NCBI GenBank assembly: GCA_035626215.1
Contig: DASPOD010000020.1
Location: 5,899-69,898 of the forward strand
Origin: Thermoplasmata archaeon
Lineage (GTDB): Archaea > Thermoplasmatota > Thermoplasmata > Lutacidiplasmatales > UBA184
Direction of reading: 5' to 3'
Length of the DNA stretch: 64,000 nt
Position 1 is the stretch's first letter. Every line of letters starts with the position of its first letter. The notes beneath the pieces are model-generated. The model searched no databases and was not told the origin of the DNA. It saw nothing but the letters and a program-made list of their open reading frames with translations. Positions 52,109 through 61,477 of this stretch are shown in pieces. Both the position numbers and the translations under genes were made by a program.

Positions 52109-52820
52109 GAAGGAACGGCCTCGGGTGCCGACCGGTATCAGCGGGCTCGACGAGATGCTCGGGGGCGGCTTTCCCTCCGGGCACGTCGTGCTCGTCACCG
52201 GACTTCCCGGGACCGGAAAGACGTGCTTCGGGCTCCAGTTCCTGATGGCCGGCGTCGCCGCCGGGGAAAGAGGCGTGTTCCTTTCGCTCGAGGAGGACGT
52301 CGCGCCTCTCCTCGAGAGTGCCCGCCAGTTCCGTTGGCCGGTCGACGCCGCCGTCAACGGCGGTACCCTCAAGGTGCTGCGGATCGACCCGAAGGAGACG
52401 CGGCAGAGCCTCCATCGGATCCAAGGCGAGCTCGGCAAGGAGCTCATGAGCCTCGGCGCCAAGCGCATCGTGGTCGACTCCGTCTCGTTGCTCAACATGC
52501 TGAGCGACGACGAATCCGGCCGTCGCGCTACCCTGTTCGCCTTGGCGGCCGCGTGCCGGGAGGCCGGGGCGACGACGGTGCTCACGGCCGAAGCGGACCC
52601 CCTCCATCCCGAGGTGAGCCGGGACGGCTTGAGCGAATACGTCGCGGACGGGGTGCTCCTCTTGGGGTACCGGACCGGCGCCGACGGCCACCGCGTGGGC
52701 CTCTCGCTCCGCGTGCTCAAGATGCGGCGCACCGCGCACGTCCGGTCCGTCCAACCGTATACGATCGGGCCGAACGGGATCTCCGTCGACGCCAAGGCGG
52801 TGGATTTCGGCGGCTCGTAG
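52095..52820 (+). CDS. KaiC-like RecA-superfamily ATPase (single domain, intact motifs)
   Basis: VPTGISGLDEMLGGGFPSGHVVLVTGLPGTGKTCFGLQFL, VFLSLEE, RIVVDSVS and LRVLKMRRTAH. It overlaps the upstream gene by 14 nt. Confidence 0.85.
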   Translation: MSGSEKERPRVPTGISGLDEMLGGGFPSGHVVLVTGLPGTGKTCFGLQFLMAGVAAGERGVFLSLEEDVAPLLESARQFRWPVDAAVNGGTLKVLRIDPKETRQSLHRIQGELGKELMSLGAKRIVVDSVSLLNMLSDDESGRRATLFALAAACREAGATTVLTAEADPLHPEVSRDGLSEYVADGVLLLGYRTGADGHRVGLSLRVLKMRRTAHVRSVQPYTIGPNGISVDAKAVDFGGS

Positions 52821-52897
52821 CCCGCGGACCTGTCTCACGACCCCTCCACGGTGCCTAGATTAGGACCCCACGTCGTTCCGGAGCCGGACCGCCCCCG

Positions 52898-54058
52898 ATG
52901 ACCGGCCCCGGAGATACCGACCTCTCCCCCGACCGGGCGATGCTGCCCGGTCTCTCGCCCCGCGAATCCCCCGCATCACACTGGGTGCTCTACATCGACC
53001 TCGACGCGTTCTACGTGTCGTGCGAGCTCCGCGACCGCCCCGAGCTCCGGGGCCGGCCGGTGATCGTGGGTCCGCCCCCGGCCGAAGGGCCGACCCGGGG
53101 CGTGGTGCTCTCCGCCAGCTACGAGGCCCGACCGTCGGGCGTGCGGAGCGCGATGCCGGTCGCCATTGCGGCCCGCCTCTGCCCGGACGCGGTCTGGATC
53201 CCTCCGGATTTCGCGAAGTACGAGCTCAACTCGCGAGCGGTCCGCACGCTGTTGCGGCGTCATTCCTCGACCGTGATTCCGTACAGCATCGACGAGGCGG
53301 CGGTCATTGTCGAGGAGATGGATCCTGCGGCGGCGAGGCGCCTCGCCGAAACGATCCAGCGGGAACTGCGCGACGAGCTTGAGCTCCCGGCGTCCATCGG
53401 CGTCGCGCGCTCACGGGCGATCGCGAAGATCGCCACCGACCGGGCGAAGCCCGCCGGGATCCGCGTCGTCCACGACGGGGAGGAGTCCGGATTCCTCGCT
53501 CCGCTACCAGCCCGCGCGATTCCCGGAGTCGGTCCGAAGACCGAGGAGATCCTGCATCGGCTAGGCATCGAGACGATCGGCGACCTCGCCCAGCGTAAGC
53601 CGTCCGAGTTGGCGCGCTCGCTCGGGTCGTTCGGCGCGGAACTCGTCGCGCTCGCCCGAGGCGAGCCGCGGGAAGCGCCCGAGGAGTCCGAGGAACCGCG
53701 ATCGAGGTCGACCGACCACACGTTCGCCCGGGACGTCGACCGGTGGGAGGAAGTCGATGCCACCGTTCGTTCCCTCGCGAACGACCTCGCGGAGTCCCTC
53801 GACCGGGAGAACTTGCGCTACGGCACGGTGGGCGTGGCCTACCGATGGGCCGACTTCTCCCGGTCCCAGCGGAGCCGCTCCCTCGGCGCCGCGCGCGAAG
53901 GGGCCCAACCGCTAGCCGAAATGGCGCTTCGGCTCGCACGCGAGCTGTGGGACTCCGAACGCGCCGCAAGGGGGAGGCCGATTCGCACGGTCTCGGTCCG
54001 TACCGAACGTCTCCTCCCGCGCACCCAGCGGCAGGTGTTCCTGGACGAATTCCGCTGA
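52898..54058 (+). CDS. dinB: Y-family DNA polymerase IV (DinB/Dpo4)
   Basis: LYIDLDAFYVSCE, PYSIDEAAV and IPGVGPKTEEIL (HhH). The catalytic acidic residues are present. Confidence 0.93.
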   Translation: MTGPGDTDLSPDRAMLPGLSPRESPASHWVLYIDLDAFYVSCELRDRPELRGRPVIVGPPPAEGPTRGVVLSASYEARPSGVRSAMPVAIAARLCPDAVWIPPDFAKYELNSRAVRTLLRRHSSTVIPYSIDEAAVIVEEMDPAAARRLAETIQRELRDELELPASIGVARSRAIAKIATDRAKPAGIRVVHDGEESGFLAPLPARAIPGVGPKTEEILHRLGIETIGDLAQRKPSELARSLGSFGAELVALARGEPREAPEESEEPRSRSTDHTFARDVDRWEEVDATVRSLANDLAESLDRENLRYGTVGVAYRWADFSRSQRSRSLGAAREGAQPLAEMALRLARELWDSERAARGRPIRTVSVRTERLLPRTQRQVFLDEFR

Positions 54059-54118
54059 GCTCCCGCCGGGCGGCGTTAAGTACGGGCCGCCGGCTCGGCC
54101 CTCGGTTCGGGAGCTAGC

Positions 54119-55474
54119 GTGACCGGGACCCAAACCTCGCTTACCCCGTCGGACGTGGGCCGCGAGGCTCAGGAGCTGCTCGCGCCGGACTCGCGACTCG
54201 GCATTCCCCTTCCGGCGTACCACGGTCGCTCGCTCGCCAATCTCGCGGCCGGCCTCGCTCGGTCGCTGGGCCGGCCCGCGTCGGACCCATCTCCACTTCC
54301 CGGCCTCGTTCCGGAGCTCGACCCGCTGGAAGGCGAGACTCTCGATGGCCCGGTGGTCGTGCTGCTCTTGGACGGACTCGGTTGGTTGGCGTTGCGGTCA
54401 TCGGCGGCCAAGACCCCGGGCGGAACGGCGGCACGATGGAGCTCGCGCGCTCGGCCTCTGACGTCCGTCTTTCCAACAACGACGACCGTTGCGCTGACCA
54501 GTCTATCGACCGGCGCCGCGCCGAGCCAACACGGCGTGGTCGGCCACCGGGTCTACCTGCCCCGATTCAACTCGGTCGTGGAGATGCTCCGGATGAGCCC
54601 CTTGGGTGTGACCGCGGCCGAGACCCTGGTCGATCCGGACTGGTCCCCCTCGCTGGTCTCCGGCGTGCCCAGCATGTTCCGCCGCGGAGTGGAGGCGGTC
54701 GCCCTTTCGCGCGACCGGTACGCGGGCAGCGGGTTCACTCGACTGCTGTACGACGGGGCGGCGTTCGTCGCGTACGCCACGGCGAGCGACTTTGCGTTGG
54801 CGTTGCTCGGGTTGCTCGAGCGTCCGGAGCCACCGCCGCTGGTCTTCGCGTATTGGGACGACCTGGACGTAGGACAGCATCTGCGCGGTCCATTGCCCGA
54901 GCTCGTCGACCTCGAGCTCGACCGGGTCGACGCGCTGATCACCTTCGTGGCCCGACACCTCGACCCGAATCGCGCGCGCCGAACCCGCTTGGTTATCACG
55001 GGCGACCATGGGCAGGTGCCGATGGCGCCCGAACGGCAACTCGTGGCGGACCAGGATGGTGAGCTGTTGAGCCATCTCGTCCGGCCGCCTTCGGGTGACC
55101 GACGGGCCACGTTCTTCGCGGCGCGACCCGGACATCATGAGGCTCTTCGAGATGCGCTCGAGGCGCGGCGTGTCCCGGGGACCCAGCTTCTCGAGATGCC
55201 GCGGGCGCTCGAAGGAGGCCTCTTCGGTCCAGCACCGTACCACCCCGAGCTGCCGGAACGCCTCGGAGACTACCTCATGCTCTCCCCCAGCCCGGGCGGC
55301 GTGAGCTACACCGCTCCGGGGAGCCGGGGTCATCGCAACCCGATGCGAGGAGCTCATGGCGGTCTCGAACCCGAGGAACTACTGGTCCCGTTGATCTCGG
55401 GATTCCTCGGCGAGCTCGCCACGCCGCCTTCACGTTCGGCTCATCTACCCGAAGAAGCTCGGGAGGGCGCATGA
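54119..55474 (+). CDS. Alkaline-phosphatase-superfamily enzyme (type I phosphodiesterase / nucleotide pyrophosphatase-like)
   Basis: VVLLLDGLGW and SVFPTTTTVALTSLSTGAAPSQHGV (nucleophile Thr region), then ITGDHG and GAHGG. Confidence 0.8.
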   Translation: MTGTQTSLTPSDVGREAQELLAPDSRLGIPLPAYHGRSLANLAAGLARSLGRPASDPSPLPGLVPELDPLEGETLDGPVVVLLLDGLGWLALRSSAAKTPGGTAARWSSRARPLTSVFPTTTTVALTSLSTGAAPSQHGVVGHRVYLPRFNSVVEMLRMSPLGVTAAETLVDPDWSPSLVSGVPSMFRRGVEAVALSRDRYAGSGFTRLLYDGAAFVAYATASDFALALLGLLERPEPPPLVFAYWDDLDVGQHLRGPLPELVDLELDRVDALITFVARHLDPNRARRTRLVITGDHGQVPMAPERQLVADQDGELLSHLVRPPSGDRRATFFAARPGHHEALRDALEARRVPGTQLLEMPRALEGGLFGPAPYHPELPERLGDYLMLSPSPGGVSYTAPGSRGHRNPMRGAHGGLEPEELLVPLISGFLGELATPPSRSAHLPEEAREGA

Positions 55475-56490
55475 CCGCGCCCGAGTTCCGCACCGACCCG
55501 ATCACCGGGCGAGTGGCCATCCTCGTACCCGGACGCAGCGCGCGGCCGAACGAGCATGCCATCGCACCCCCCAGCGAATCGACGGACCCGAACTGTCCGT
55601 TCTGTGAAGGCAATGAGGGGAAGACCCCGGCCGAACTGTCCGTGGTCGCGCCGGCCGGTCGGGCGCCGAATTCCCCCGGCTGGCACGTGCGGGTGATCCC
55701 GAACCGGTTTCCGACGGTCGCCGCGGACATCGAGCCGCGTTCGGCCACGGGCCCACGGCTGCTGCAGTCGCCGGCGTTCGGTTACCATGAGGTCGTGATC
55801 GAGAGCCCGAACCACTCCCCGTCCCTCGGTTTCCTTCCCTCCGAGCAGGCCGCCCGCGTGATGCGAACCTGCCGCGACCGGGTCCGCGAACTCTCCGGAC
55901 GGCCCCACGTCGGGACGGTGACGCTGTTCGAGAACACCGGACCCGAGTCGGGCGGGTCGCTCTGGCACCCCCACGCTCAGCTCGTGACGGTCCCAGAACT
56001 CTCGCCTGCGCTTCGGGAAGAGCTCGATGGAGCGGAGTCGTATCGGACCCGAACGGGATGCCGCTGCGCCTTCGAAGCTGTGCTTGCGCAGGAGCTTCGA
56101 CCCGGCGACCGTCAGGTATTTGCGTCGGATGCCTTCGTGGGCTATGCACCGTTCGCATCCTCTGTTCCGTACGAGGTCCGCGTGGTCCCGACGCGACACC
56201 TGCGCTCCTTCGGGGAGATGACGGACGAGGAAGCGGAGATGCTCGCGGCCGACCTCTCGGCCCTCCTCCGAGCATTCCTTTCGGTCCTACCGGGGGCCTC
56301 CTACAACTACGTCGTGCGCTCGCCCGGTCTCACTTCCCACGGGACCGAGTCGTACCACTGGCATCTCGATTTACTACCGAGGTTGATCCGACCCGACGGT
56401 TTCGACCTCGGCTCGGGGTACTCCGTGAATACCGTTCTCCCCGAGGTGGCCGCCGACGCCCTGAGGGCGGCGCTGGCCGCAAAACGCTAA
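55471..56490 (+). CDS. galT: Galactose-1-phosphate uridylyltransferase-family (HIT superfamily) nucleotidyltransferase
   Basis: CPFCEGNE zinc site and SLWHPHAQLV (HxHxQ). ATGA overlap with the upstream gene. Confidence 0.9.
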   Translation: MTAPEFRTDPITGRVAILVPGRSARPNEHAIAPPSESTDPNCPFCEGNEGKTPAELSVVAPAGRAPNSPGWHVRVIPNRFPTVAADIEPRSATGPRLLQSPAFGYHEVVIESPNHSPSLGFLPSEQAARVMRTCRDRVRELSGRPHVGTVTLFENTGPESGGSLWHPHAQLVTVPELSPALREELDGAESYRTRTGCRCAFEAVLAQELRPGDRQVFASDAFVGYAPFASSVPYEVRVVPTRHLRSFGEMTDEEAEMLAADLSALLRAFLSVLPGASYNYVVRSPGLTSHGTESYHWHLDLLPRLIRPDGFDLGSGYSVNTVLPEVAADALRAALAAKR

Positions 56491-56515
56491 TGACCGAGGA
56501 CCCGTCCGACCGATC

Positions 56516-58279
56516 GTGACCGAGCTCCGCGAACCGATCGTCTCGCTCCTCGGGCACGTCGACCACGGCAAGACGACGCTGCTCGACCGGATTGCCGGCA
56601 GCGTTCGCGCGGCGAAGGAGCCCGGGGGGATCACGCAGCACATCGGTGCGATCGAGGTGACCGGAGCCACGGTCCGGCACCTGTGCGAAGCGGTGTTGCG
56701 CACCGAGCAACTTCGACTTCCCGGGCTCCTCTTCGTCGACACCCCCGGCCATCGCTCGTTCGAGACCCTTCGGCGTCGAGGAGGCGCGCTGGCCGACCTA
56801 GCCGTGCTCGTGGTCGATGTTCGCGAGGGCGTGATGCCGCAGACCCGCGAATCCGTGCAGATCCTGCGGCGCGAGAAGACCCCGTTCGCGGTGGCGTTGA
56901 CGAAGATCGACCTGCTCGCCGGCTGGCGGAAACCGACCGGCCCCACTCCTCTCCTCGACGCGATTCGAAAGTCCGCACCCGACTTCCAGAAGCTCCTCGA
57001 CCAGCGGGTCTATTCGGTCGCCGAGGAGCTCGACCAGCTCGGGTTCAGCGCCGAGCGTTTCGACCGAGTGAGCGACTTCACGCGGAACGTCGGCATCGTT
57101 CCGGTCTCGGCGAAGACCGGAATCGGCGTTCCCGAGCTGATCGCGCTGCTCGTGGGTCTCTCCCAAAGGTTCCTCGAACAGGAGCTCGAGCTCATCACGG
57201 CCGGAGGCGAAGCCACCATCCTCGAGCGCAGCGACCAGAAGGGCGTCGGTCCCGTCGGCAACGTGATCATCTACCGCGGCCGGCTCAAGGTCGGCGACGA
57301 GATCGTCGCCACCGGCCGGGAGGCGCCGTTCGCGACCCGAATTCGCGGAATCTACCGGCCGGTTCCTCTCAAGGAGGGCCGCGCCTCGAAGCAGCTCCGG
57401 CTCGATTCGCTCGCCGAGGTGCAAGCCGCCGCCGGTGTCTACCTCGCCGCGCCGGGGATCGAGGACGCGATGCCGGGGGGTCTCCTCAAGGTCGTCCGGA
57501 GCGAGGAAGAGAAGGCCCACGTGCAGGAGGAGCTCGCCCGGGAGAGTCAGCCGGTCACCGAGGTCGCCCTGACGGGAGTCGCGATCTACGCCGACACCTT
57601 GGGCGGACTCGAGGCGCTCGCGTTCGAGTGCCGGGAGCACAGTATCCCGGTGCACGAGGCCGGGGTCGGTCCCGTCGGACGCCCCACCGTGATGCGGATG
57701 GCGACCGTGAAGGACCCGACGCACCGGGCGGTGCTCGCGTTCGCGGTGCCGATTCTCCCGGACGCGGTTCCCGAAGGCGAAGCCTCCGAGGTCCGAATCT
57801 TCCGTGCCGAAGTGATGTATCGTCTGATCGAGGAGTACGACGCGTGGCGCACCGAGCGTAAGCGTGAGCTCGAGGTCCAGCGGCGGCTCGAGCACGTGCA
57901 TCCGGCGAAGCTCGAGGTCTTGCCCGGCTTCGTGTTTCGAGCGTCCAAGCCGGCGATCGTCGGGGTCCGGGTGCGCGGTGGCACGCTGCGGCCGGGGGTC
58001 CGTCTGATGCACATCGACGGGTCCGAGGTTGGCGTGCTGAAGTCCCTCCAGAAAGAAGGGGAACCGGTGACCCAGGCCGAAGAGAACGAGGAGCTGGCCG
58101 CCTCGATCGATGGTGCGGTCATGGGCCGGAACTTGAAGGAGGGCGACGTTCTGATCGTCGTCCTCTCCGAGAGCGCCGCCCGGGCCCTTCGGGGCCAGCC
58201 GCTCTCGCCTTCCGAGCAAGCGATCCTCGACGAGGTCGTGCGGCTGCACCGGGCGGGCCACCCGTTCTGGGGTCAGTGA
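56516..58279 (+). CDS. infB: Translation initiation factor aIF5B (IF-2 homologue)
   Basis: VSLLGHVDHGKTTLLD, FVDTPGH and LTKIDL. 587 aa, the expected size. Confidence 0.95.
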   Translation: MTELREPIVSLLGHVDHGKTTLLDRIAGSVRAAKEPGGITQHIGAIEVTGATVRHLCEAVLRTEQLRLPGLLFVDTPGHRSFETLRRRGGALADLAVLVVDVREGVMPQTRESVQILRREKTPFAVALTKIDLLAGWRKPTGPTPLLDAIRKSAPDFQKLLDQRVYSVAEELDQLGFSAERFDRVSDFTRNVGIVPVSAKTGIGVPELIALLVGLSQRFLEQELELITAGGEATILERSDQKGVGPVGNVIIYRGRLKVGDEIVATGREAPFATRIRGIYRPVPLKEGRASKQLRLDSLAEVQAAAGVYLAAPGIEDAMPGGLLKVVRSEEEKAHVQEELARESQPVTEVALTGVAIYADTLGGLEALAFECREHSIPVHEAGVGPVGRPTVMRMATVKDPTHRAVLAFAVPILPDAVPEGEASEVRIFRAEVMYRLIEEYDAWRTERKRELEVQRRLEHVHPAKLEVLPGFVFRASKPAIVGVRVRGGTLRPGVRLMHIDGSEVGVLKSLQKEGEPVTQAEENEELAASIDGAVMGRNLKEGDVLIVVLSESAARALRGQPLSPSEQAILDEVVRLHRAGHPFWGQ

Positions 58280-58301
58280 GCGAAGGGTGACCGTCCTCCG
58301 C

Positions 58302-58913
58302 CTAGGGCGGCGGAGGGATTTCGTCCGGAGGGTCCGGAGGGGGTCGAAGGCGCATCGTCGACCCGGGAGGGTCCCGATAGACTCCGCCCGGTAGGAACAG
58401 TCCGAGGAACAGCGCGATCCCTCCCATCGCGAGCAGCACCACACCTCCGAGGGCGATCAAGCCCCAGGCCCAGGGCGGAAGGGGCGAGCCCGGTGTGTAT
58501 CCCACCGAAACTGTCCCGGTGAATTCGAGCGTGACGGTTCCCGGGTTCGCGACCACCAGGATGAAGGCTGACGCGTTCGCCGAAGTACCGGACTCCTTCC
58601 CCGACAGTGCCTGGGTCCAGGTGAACAGCGGAGGCCCAATCGGACACACGCCAAGCGAACTATTGCACGGGCCGGCGGGTGTCAGCGACACGTTGGCCGG
58701 GGCGTTCGTCGACCAGACGAGGCTGATCGACGCGGAGGAGGTCGTAGAACGAGCGATCACTTCCGGCCAGGAGACGTGCCCCGGGATGTCCGGATTGTCG
58801 AACGACAGTCGCGTGGTCGAGGCCGGGCCGCCCGAGATGACGAAGAGGGTGAAGAAGAGGCCGCCCCCAATTACGGCGAGGGCCGCTCCAACGACGACGA
58901 GCCCGGTGCGCAC
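58302..58913 (-). CDS. Hypothetical membrane-anchored extracytoplasmic protein (N- and C-terminal TM, Pro-rich tail)
   Basis: TM LVVVGAALAVIGGGLFFTLFVI, a sequon-containing middle part, TM WGLIALGGVVLLAMGGIALFLGLFL, and a tail ending PPPDPPDEIPPPP. Confidence 0.55.
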   Translation of the reverse strand: MRTGLVVVGAALAVIGGGLFFTLFVISGGPASTTRLSFDNPDIPGHVSWPEVIARSTTSSASISLVWSTNAPANVSLTPAGPCNSSLGVCPIGPPLFTWTQALSGKESGTSANASAFILVVANPGTVTLEFTGTVSVGYTPGSPLPPWAWGLIALGGVVLLAMGGIALFLGLFLPGGVYRDPPGSTMRLRPPPDPPDEIPPPP

Positions 58914-58984
58914 GCGGGACGGAAGGTGGACCTCCCAATAGTCTTACGGTGCGCCGAGGCAACCAGCACGAGCGGAGTAACGGC

Positions 58985-58993
58985 GTATATACT
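58985..58993 (+). promoter_or_regulatory. TATA box (GTATATACT) for tfb
   Basis: About 25-30 nt upstream of the GTG at 59016. This implies a leaderless tfb mRNA. Confidence 0.45.
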
Positions 58994-59015
58994 AGCATCC
59001 CGTTCGTGCTATACT

Positions 59016-59972
59016 GTGACAGACGCCGGGTACCGACTCGCATCTGCCCCCGACGCTCCGCCGAGCTGCCCCCTCTGCGGCAGCTCGCACCGGATCGTCG
59101 ACCCGGTGCGCTGCGAGACCCACTGCGCCGAGTGCGGTCTCGTTTTCGACGGCACGCCGATCGTCGCCACCGCTCCGCCCCCTGCGGAGGCTGCGGCCTC
59201 GGAAGGTAGCGGTCGGGGGATTGGTCCCTTCGTGCCTCCCGGAGGTGCTCGACGCACCCTCGGATCGACGCTTTCGCTCGCCCGGGATGGGCAAGGAAAG
59301 CGTCTCGGCTGGCATCGCCGCTACGAATTTCAGCACCTCAAACGCGTGATGCAACGCCAGACCTCGCGGACGATCGATGGCCCGCTCGACCGGAGCGCCG
59401 CGCGTGGCGAGATCCAGACCGCGGGCGAGACGCTGGGCCTGCCCGCCGTCGTCCTCGCCGAAGCGGAACACGTCTATCGCGAGTCGAAGGTCCGTGGTCT
59501 CCTCCGGGGACGAAGCGTGCCCGCGAGCGTCGGAGCCTGTCTCTACGCGGCGTGCCGTCGGTTTTCCATCCCCCGAACCCTTGGCGAGGTCGCGAACTCG
59601 GTCGGTGCGCGAAGGTCCGACGTCGGCCGGACCTTCAAGGTCGTACAGCGGGGGTCGGGTGTGCCCATCCCCGGGGTCGGCACGAAGGCGTTCCTCACGC
59701 GCTACGCCCAGGAGCTCGCGCTATCGCCTCGGGTCCGCTCCACGGTCGAGGTAATGCTGGACCAGGCGCGGGAAGACCCCGAACTGTCCGGCCTCAGCCC
59801 CCACGGTCTCGTCGCGGCGCTCATCTACATCGCCGCCGAGCAGAACGGCGAGCACCGTTCCCGGGCTCAGGTCGCGCGCGTCAGCTCCGTGACCGAGGTC
59901 ACCTTGCGGTCCACGAGCCGTCTTGTCGAAAAGGTCTGGGGTCGCGCCGGCGCCGCGCACGACGCCCCGTAG
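59016..59972 (+). CDS. tfb: Transcription initiation factor TFB (TFIIB homologue)
   Basis: N-terminal Zn ribbon CPLCGSS...CAECGLV. Two cyclin-fold repeats (LGLPAVVLAEAEHVYRES...SVGACLYAACR; FLTRYAQELALS...LVAALIYIAAE). Start set at GTG 59016 from the TATA spacing; the track ORF extends upstream to 58776. Confidence 0.9.
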   Translation: MTDAGYRLASAPDAPPSCPLCGSSHRIVDPVRCETHCAECGLVFDGTPIVATAPPPAEAAASEGSGRGIGPFVPPGGARRTLGSTLSLARDGQGKRLGWHRRYEFQHLKRVMQRQTSRTIDGPLDRSAARGEIQTAGETLGLPAVVLAEAEHVYRESKVRGLLRGRSVPASVGACLYAACRRFSIPRTLGEVANSVGARRSDVGRTFKVVQRGSGVPIPGVGTKAFLTRYAQELALSPRVRSTVEVMLDQAREDPELSGLSPHGLVAALIYIAAEQNGEHRSRAQVARVSSVTEVTLRSTSRLVEKVWGRAGAAHDAP

Positions 59973-59994
59973 GCGTTCGCTCCGCTCGTCGGAC

Positions 59995-60219
59995 CTACTT
60001 CAGCAAGTAGTAGCCCGCCGCCTTCTCGCGCACCTTGCGACGCGCCCAACCCTTCGTCTGGAGCTCTTGGAGCGCGTTCATCACCATGGTCTTCGGCAGT
60101 CGCGCGGACTGCGTGACCCGCTCGGCGGTGCCCATCTTATCCTCGGAAAGCATCGCGAGCTCCTTCATCGCCTTGTAGACTTTCACCGCATTGGGAGAAA
60201 CCTCATCCTCGATCGCCAC
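59995..60219 (-). CDS. Small winged-helix DNA-binding protein (74 aa)
   Basis: VYKAMKELAMLSEDKMGTAERVTQSARLPKTMVMNALQELQTKGWARR has an HTH-plus-wing pattern. Confidence 0.6.
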   Translation of the reverse strand: MAIEDEVSPNAVKVYKAMKELAMLSEDKMGTAERVTQSARLPKTMVMNALQELQTKGWARRKVREKAAGYYLLK

Positions 60220-60328
60220 GGGAACCCCTCCCCTTCGGCGACTCCGCCGGGAAGATAATGCTGGCGGACCCGGCGGTCCCCAGCCCCGATGCCTTTTTTT
60301 CGCGGACCGGCTAGGGCGGCTCCTGCCG

Positions 60329-61477
60329 ATGTCCCCCGAACGTGCCCATGTCGTGTGGAGCGACCGGTTCCTCGACTACGATTTCGGTCCCCACCACCCG
60401 TTCACCGAACGCAGTCGTGGGCTCGCCGTCCGGCTGCTCGAGACCTCTCTCACCGAGGCGCCCCCGGGAACGGTCGGCTGGACGCGCACGGGAAAGGTCG
60501 CCGACCGGGCGACGCTCGGCAGCTTCCATCGACCGGAGTACCTCGAATTCGTGGAGAGCGCGAGCGGTCTCGCCAAGGAAGTACTCCTCGACTCCGGCGA
60601 CACGCCATCCTTCCCCGGCTGCTACGAGGCGTCGGCGCGCTTGGTGCAGGGCGCAGTGGATGCTCTCGACTACACCCTCGAGCACCTCCGCCCTGCCTAC
60701 CATCCGGGCGGGGGACTCCACCACGCACATCCGAACCGCGCGAGCGGATTTTGCATCTTCAACGACGTGGCGATCGCCGTCGCGCGCGCGGTCGAGAAGG
60801 GTCACCGCGTGGCGTACATCGACATCGACGCCCACCATGGCGACGGGGTGATGTACGGATTCTACGACTCGGGCCGAGTCCTCGACATCGACTTCCACCA
60901 GGACGGACGCACCCTATTCCCGGGGACCGGCTTTCCGCACGAGGTCGGACGTGGGGACGGGGCCGGCCTCAAGGCGAACCTTCCGTTCCCACCGGGCGCG
61001 GGTGACGAGGCGCTGTTGCCCTCCTTCGATCGTGTGGTGCCCGCCCTTCTCCGTCAGTTCCGCCCCGATGTGATCATCCTCCAACATGGGGTCGACGGCC
61101 ATTACGGGGACCAGATCGCGCACCTCCAGTACTCCCCCCGCGCCTACGCCGAGGTGGACCGGAGGGTCCTCGCGCTCGCACGTGAGCTGACCCATAACCG
61201 CCTCCTTGTCACCGGGGGCGGGGGTTATCGGGCGGAGTCGGTCGGCCGGGTCCTGGCTCGAACCGGGTTAATCTTGGCCGGAGTTCCCGAGCCGTCGGAC
61301 ACCCAGGAGCTCCCGGGTCCTTGGAGGAAACAGTTCACCTCCGAGTTCGGACGGGAGGCCCCGACCGCGTGGACGGACCGGTGGGAACCCGACCCTTCCC
61401 CGTGGACGGAGGCGGATGAAAAGAACCTGGTCCACCAGTTGGAATCGAAGCTCGGGGAACGCCTACCCCCGCCTTAG
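60329..61477 (+). CDS. Histone-deacetylase-family enzyme (AcuC/AphA-type deacetylase)
   Basis: In-frame ATG at 60329. PGGGLHHAHPNRASGFCIFNDVAIA and YIDIDAHHGDGV. Confidence 0.9.
   Translation: MSPERAHVVWSDRFLDYDFGPHHPFTERSRGLAVRLLETSLTEAPPGTVGWTRTGKVADRATLGSFHRPEYLEFVESASGLAKEVLLDSGDTPSFPGCYEASARLVQGAVDALDYTLEHLRPAYHPGGGLHHAHPNRASGFCIFNDVAIAVARAVEKGHRVAYIDIDAHHGDGVMYGFYDSGRVLDIDFHQDGRTLFPGTGFPHEVGRGDGAGLKANLPFPPGAGDEALLPSFDRVVPALLRQFRPDVIILQHGVDGHYGDQIAHLQYSPRAYAEVDRRVLALARELTHNRLLVTGGGGYRAESVGRVLARTGLILAGVPEPSDTQELPGPWRKQFTSEFGREAPTAWTDRWEPDPSPWTEADEKNLVHQLESKLGERLPPP

Noticed and set aside
52095-52820. Possible RadB (archaeal RecA paralogue) assignment for the second KaiC-like gene.
   Set aside because: The motifs VFLSLEE and LRVLKMRRTAH...Y.I...GI are characteristic of KaiC-like (COG0467) proteins rather than RadA/RadB. 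I keep the KaiC-like call, but a profile search should confirm it.
60293-60299. T7 run considered as an archaeal oligo-T terminator.
   Set aside because: No plus-strand gene ends nearby, since tfb stops at 59972 and a minus-strand gene intervenes. Its position 30-36 nt upstream of the HDAC ATG fits an A/T-rich promoter element better.
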